DNA of 64,000 nucleotides from the human T2T-CHM13v2.0 reference genome, Homo sapiens: NCBI GenBank assembly GCA_009914755.4, contig CP068257.2, positions 11,520,001 to 11,584,000 of the forward strand, read 5' to 3'. Shown piece by piece: positions 58,026 to 64,000 of this stretch (position 1 is its first letter; each line of letters starts with the position of its first letter). The notes under the pieces were generated by a model. It saw only the letters and a program-made list of their open reading frames with translations, ran no database searches and was not told where the DNA came from. The position numbers and the translations under genes were made by a program.

Positions 58026-58361
58026 ACATTCCTTTATTTCTATCAGACAGACCACTGTATGTTAGAAAGAACCTTAATTTTGGATAAGATTTTTACCTTT
58101 CATGGGCTAAAAGTCTCCATTAAAGAAAATTAATAGATAAATATATTAACATCTTGGTATTAGTTTATTTGAACCTGAGCTCATACTTGATCAGTGTTTT
58201 CAGCAATATTTAATTCTGCTTTTGTAGGTTTCACATTCTACTTGCAAAATAATGGATGATTATTACCTTATTATTATGATGATGTTTGTGAGTGAATTTT
58301 CAGGCATTTTTATTGGAATTTGTGATCACATTGAGAGCCATAAAACATTTTACATTTTTCA

Positions 58362-58739
<378 letters not shown>

Positions 58740-61377
58740 TTAGTTCTCTCATATATGCAATGGGGAGTCTCTGTTAAGTTTTTTGATTTATGAAATGATA
58801 CACAATGCCAGGAATGACACTAATTAAAATCTGTATATTTACTCATTTGAATCTTGACAATCATTCTTATTTAGATGAACCTCAGTCAAATAGTTAATAT
58901 TTAACATGTTTTCTTCAGGAATTTTTATTAGCAATGAGAATGTTAATTGAGGATGGCTGGGCTGATATTCTGTAAGAATTGTACCCTTTTATTGAATATT
59001 TAAACTAAGTTTAAGTATATATAAAAGATCAGATATTGCAACATGTTTCTGGTATTAATTTCCAAAAAACTTTTTATACGTGAAATTATGAAATGGTACT
59101 TCCTATAGTCTAGTACTAAAAATTTAAAAAAGTCTTTTATCATTCTTACTGCATAAAAATGCTTTAGTGAGTATTGTTAAGAAGAATAAACCAATCCACT
59201 TTAGTTTTCTTATCCCCGTGACTCATTTATGAACTTGATATTTCTCAGTGTAGCCCTACAACAATGTCTTTAAATTATGTAATTTTCTATGAATTCAACA
59301 AAAGAAACCTAAAAGTTGACTCTGAGCATTTTCTTGGCCTTCCTCATTTTGCGGTTGATTGTGGCCTACATAATTTCCCTGAAATGAGTCAGCTTCCAAA
59401 CAGTTTAGGATTCCAAGCCCTCTATATAGGCTGCTGCTCAATACCTGTTCTTTGCTCATTTCTACTGCCAATATATTTTGTTATAAAAATGAACCACATT
59501 TTTTGGCCAATAATAATATGTTTGCTATAAAGGTTATATTGCAAATTTCACTAGGTTCCATAAAGAACCTTATCATCACCATTGCTGTTTCTCTAAATAA
59601 ATATATGCATGAAAATTGTGTAGAGGGAGAAAGTTTTAAAACATTAATTATGTATATAGAAAGTTCCAACTGATATCTAGCAGAAACATGAATAATTTTT
59701 CAGTTTCATTCACCTAGTGTGCAAACTAGGATCAATCATAATGAAAAAAAAACCCTCCCCCAAAACAGCTACAGCTTCATTTTTCTCTTCTTCTCTGTAA
59801 TGAAGGCTCCAAGTTGACATAGATGGTAATAACAAAGAGGCCAGTTCTGAGAGCTGCCATCTGCATCATCCTGACCCCTTTCAACACACCTCATCTGAAA
59901 CGATAACTATAATTCCTGTCCTACATTACACTCTGCTGTAGTGCCACACATCTTTTAAAAGTATTAAGGAAACCATTCAGAGAGCATTATTGGAAAATAA
60001 GAGAGGGCAACTATTCTGGTCAACCAAGTAATGAGTTTTAATACTTCCCAGCAGTTACCTAAAATCCCAGCTGATTTCAAAGACTAAGAGGTAAAAGGGA
60101 AAAGGCTCAATGGCAGAGTGGGGAAGAGCTGGGGAGAAATCCTTTAGAGCTAATATGTTATCTGGCAGTGTTATCTTCCTCCACTTTTATCTGCAGTATT
60201 TCAACATACATAAATCTATTATAGTGTTGGAGAAAGGGCCCACTGTCTGAACTTTTATTCTTTTAGGAGAAACATCCATGTAAAGCTCTTTTGTAGATTA
60301 AGCAATTCAATTTTATGCATAGAGAATACCTAAATGGCCAAAAAAATTCTATTCTACTTAAAACTATACCATAATTAAAAAATAGTAAATAGCAATAGCA
60401 CTTTAAAATAAATTTAATCAATGAATATTCCTTGTCCATTTGTATAAAATACTTAAATAAAAAGTTTTGTAAAATGTTATGATATTTATCTGCTTTAAAA
60501 TATTTTACTATTAACTCAAACTTTTACCCTAGGACTGATTCATAGTTACACAACTTCAATGTTGAAGTAAAATCCTACGGCCTATCATGTGAATTTATAC
60601 AAATCATGTATGTAGTATGTAGGTTTTTTTTCTTTTTCAAATTAAGAATATCAGAAAATACAAAACAAAATTTTATTTATTATTCATTATTTCAGATCTG
60701 CAGTAAACAGAATCCTGCTCAGATAATTTGAGAAATTTTTCAAGTAAGAGTATGAATGAACGAATGTCGAGACATCTAGAGATTAGCAGCTGTGGGAAGT
60801 CATTGCCAGCTCTAAGCTGAAGAGCAAAGGAGGTAATAGCACTACAGGATCTGAAGAGTAATAGAGCCTTAAGGTAGTGGTCTTCCTCATTGGAACTGCA
60901 GTCATTGAAGGTATCAACCACTGACAGACAATGCTGCCAAATATGATAGGGAGTGGGGAACAAATACCCCAACCTTCCCTCTTGCCTTGTGATTGGCATG
61001 CCATTGCTCCCCATTTCCTGAACCCAGCAATCTGAAGCCAAATGGAAAGAAAGTCAGTAACACAATCCAAGGGAGTCAGCCTCTCAGAACAGAAAAAAGA
61101 ACATGAAAAGACAAAGACTTGATTGAGGTCAGAAGGCAAAATAAGAAACCCAACACATCCATATTCCCAACACAAAGGCTTGACCACAAAGAATTAATAG
61201 CTGGTAAATTTTGCCTACAGCTATTTAACAAAAAATAAATATCACTCTATTTCTATATGCATGGTAAATTCCTGCATATACCATGCATATGGATTTTCAA
61301 AGATGTAAAAAATGCATAAAATCACAAATAGGAAGAAACAATTATTCCAAATATTTACACATGAAAGTAAGCATCAC

Positions 61378-61925
61378 TGTGATGGTTAATATTGAGTGTC
61401 AACTTGATTGGATTGAAGGATACGAAGTATTATTCCTGGGTGTGTCTGTGAGGGGGTTACCAAAGGAGATTAACACTTGAGTCAATGGACTAGGAGAGAC
61501 AGACCCACCCTCAATCTGGGTGGGCACCGTCTAACCAGCTGCCAGCACAGCTAGGATAAAAGCAGGCACAGAACATGAAAGGACTAGTCTGGCTAAGTTA
61601 TCTGGGCTCCATCTTTCTCCTGTGCTGGAGGCTTCCTGCCCTTGAACATCAGATCCCAAGTTATTCAGCTTTTGGACTCGTGCACATACCTCAGCGATTT
61701 GCCAGGTGTTCTCAGGCCTTCAGCCACAGACTGAAGGCTGCACTGCCGGCTTCTCTACTTTTGAGGTTTTGGGACTTTGACTTGCTTCCTGGCTCCTCAA
61801 CTTGCAGATGGCCTATTATGGGACCTCACCTTGTGATTGTGTGGGTCAATTTCCCTTTAAAACTCCCCTTCATATATTCATCTATCCTATTAGTTTCGTT
61901 TCTTTAGAGAACCCTGACTAATGTA
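61378..61925 (+). mobile_element. MaLR-family solo LTR (MST/MLT-type)
   Basis: tgtgatggttaatattgagtgtcaacttgattggattgaaggatacgaagtattattcctgggtgtgtctgtgagggggttaccaaaggagattaacacttgagtcaatggactaggagagacagacccaccctcaatctgggtgggcacc...cagcttttggactcgtgcacatacc...ctcctcaacttgcagatggcctattatgggacctcaccttgtgattgtgtgggtcaattcc...tcatctatcctattagtttcgtttctttagagaaccctgactaatgta; candidate 5-bp TSD atcac/atcat. Confidence 0.6.
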
Positions 61926-62975
61926 ATCATTAACTATGAGTGAACCTCATTTCAGATATTTTTCTATGGATATACACATATGGAAAAACAGACAAAGATA
62001 AACTTTTTGTTAATAAAAATGAGACTGTACTATATAAAGCTATTATAGTAAAATCAATGGATGGATTTATTTTACTTTAATTTATAAGAATAAAATATCT
62101 GAAATAAAACAAAATAAAGGAGTTCAAATAAATGTTTCCTTACCACAGTGCTGTTTTATATTTTTAAATAACCTAAAGTTTAGAAAATGTTTTACGCAGA
62201 TTAAAAGACATGCATTGTTAATGTAATCATAGTTTTCCATTTAAAAAATCTATTAACTTTTTGCTACAAACAAGGAAGATATTAGAATGTAGCATATTTC
62301 CATCTGTCTTCTGCTTATATCCCAACGTTTGTAAAATATATTATTCTATTTACATTATTCGGGTTTACTTTTTATATTGTTACATTCTGCAAAAATGTTT
62401 AGTTCTATTTTCAAGGAGAATAGGTTTTTATCAGTGTAGGTGTTATAAGACTGTCTTTACTTGAATTCTTTGAGTCTTACATTCCATAAATTATTAGGGT
62501 CTTTCATGTTTTCAAATGTCTCCATGCCTTGTTGATACTTGAACCCTAACTTAGCTGGCTATACAATGATTGGGTCACATTTCTTTACCTTTTGAACTTT
62601 TAGAAGTTGCTTCATTGTCTTTAGCCACAACATACTGATGGCTGTGGAGAAAATATGGGACTCATCTGATTTGTCTTCTCTGTTTGTATTTTCTTTCTCT
62701 GCTCTAGATGCCTGATGAATGATACCTTTACCTTGAAATTTAATAGCCTGAAAAGGTTGTCTTGATGTTAGGTAACATGAATTAAAATTTTATGGTACAC
62801 CATCTGCAGTTTAAGTTTTTTACATTATTTCTTTTTACATCTCAATTTTAAGAGGTGTTGCAAAGAAATCACTGTAAATACAGAAGTAGCCCTCATGTTC
62901 CACCAAAGTCAATTAGAGTGTTTCATGGATGTGCATGAACCGGTAAATGTCAAGAAAGTTAAAAAACTGAACCCA

Positions 62976-63352
<377 letters not shown>

Positions 63353-64000
63353 TCAGACTTTTGAGTCATGTTTCAGGCCAAGAGGTGATGAGTTACCGTA
63401 GTTGCCTGAGCTGGGTGGTGAACTATTACCTGGCAACAAAACTGAAATAGAAGGTGGCTTAGTAAAATACAGATTCAGAATGAGTGCCTTGAGGTTAAGG
63501 CATATACGACCAAACTGATTTTCTTTTTCACAAGGTCTTCAGGTAAGGCCATTGTAGAAGATACTTTGGGAACTTCAGTAAGTTGCTTCACTTGTCTCAT
63601 ATTTTCATCTTCAGGATGGAGACTTGAGATTGAATTGTTGTGCAATTAGGTAAATTTTTACCCATTTTAAATATAATATTAAAATATTAATTACAAATTA
63701 CCTTATTTGAATCTGGAATAATATTTATTGCAGGGCATATAATCTAAGCTATAAATGTCCTGTTAGAAGAGAACATATTCATCTTGCTAAGGTATATGCT
63801 ATATGACTGGCACTGTGCTCAACTCAGAGTCACTGAATGAACAGTATTTATTTAATATATGAATGAGAGCACTTCAAGTATATAGAAAGATATCTCAAAA
63901 GCTTCAGCCTTACATTGCTCATAACTTCATTTCAGTGACTTAGATGAAAACCTCCTGAACATTTTTATCAATTTTATGGATACCCCAAATCATAAGGGAA

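Noticed and set aside
60673-61187. Overlapping 122-aa and 134-aa minus-strand ORFs in unique DNA near the 3' end
   Set aside because: They are low-complexity, mutually overlapping in different frames, and show no domain similarity; they are most likely chance ORFs. They cannot be fully excluded as an exon without expression or conservation data.

Overview
This window is primate, most likely human or great-ape, nuclear DNA. It is not a prokaryotic locus, so it has no operon, CRISPR array or defence island, and I found no convincing novel biological system in it.

I estimate that about 55-60% of the window is recognisable interspersed repeat. I estimated that by eye; it is not a computed figure.

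Repeat content:
- 14 Alu copies, including one diagnostic AluY with a perfect 11-bp target-site duplication.
- Many LINE-1 fragments, mostly on the minus strand. Several six-frame ORFs are recognisable ORF2p remnants with motifs such as IHHDQVGFIP and [15 protein letters not shown]. Two long L1M blocks lie at 36.2-45.1 kb (minus) and 49.0-53.2 kb (plus).
- Three copies of the MaLR THE1 family: a solo LTR at 2.2 kb, an internal region plus 3' LTR at 5.7-7.6 kb, and a rearranged copy at 50.1-52.1 kb.
- Two other MaLR-type LTRs, at 34.6 kb and 61.4 kb.
- A solo LTR12 (HERV9-type) LTR at 19.7-20.9 kb with a 4-bp target-site duplication (TGAT), internal tandem repeats, three CCAAT/ATTGG boxes and a CpG-rich 3' half.
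- MIR fragments and several microsatellites: (GT)17, (TCTA)6, (TA)n, and a ~200-bp TTCC/CTTT polypyrimidine tract.

No intact protein-coding gene or exon is evident. Every ORF of 100 aa or more lies inside repeats or is low-complexity.

The items most worth a second look are:
- a degenerate ~112-bp tandem array of seven units at 7573-8415 that I cannot assign to a family;
- a ~370-bp segment bounded by perfect 17-bp inverted termini at 2830-3195, a possible small DNA transposon;
- the LTR12 solo LTR as a candidate cryptic promoter;
- an unclassified 1.37-kb block at 56.3-57.6 kb;
- closely spaced inverted Alu pairs that could form dsRNA if the region is transcribed;
- a nested-insertion chronology (THE1 LTR into L1; Alu and THE1 into L1M).

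All family names come from my memory of consensus sequences, not from a database search. Boundaries are approximate, roughly +/-20 bp, more for old L1M pieces. Older repeats such as L2, MER and further MIR copies in the 'unique' stretches have probably been missed.
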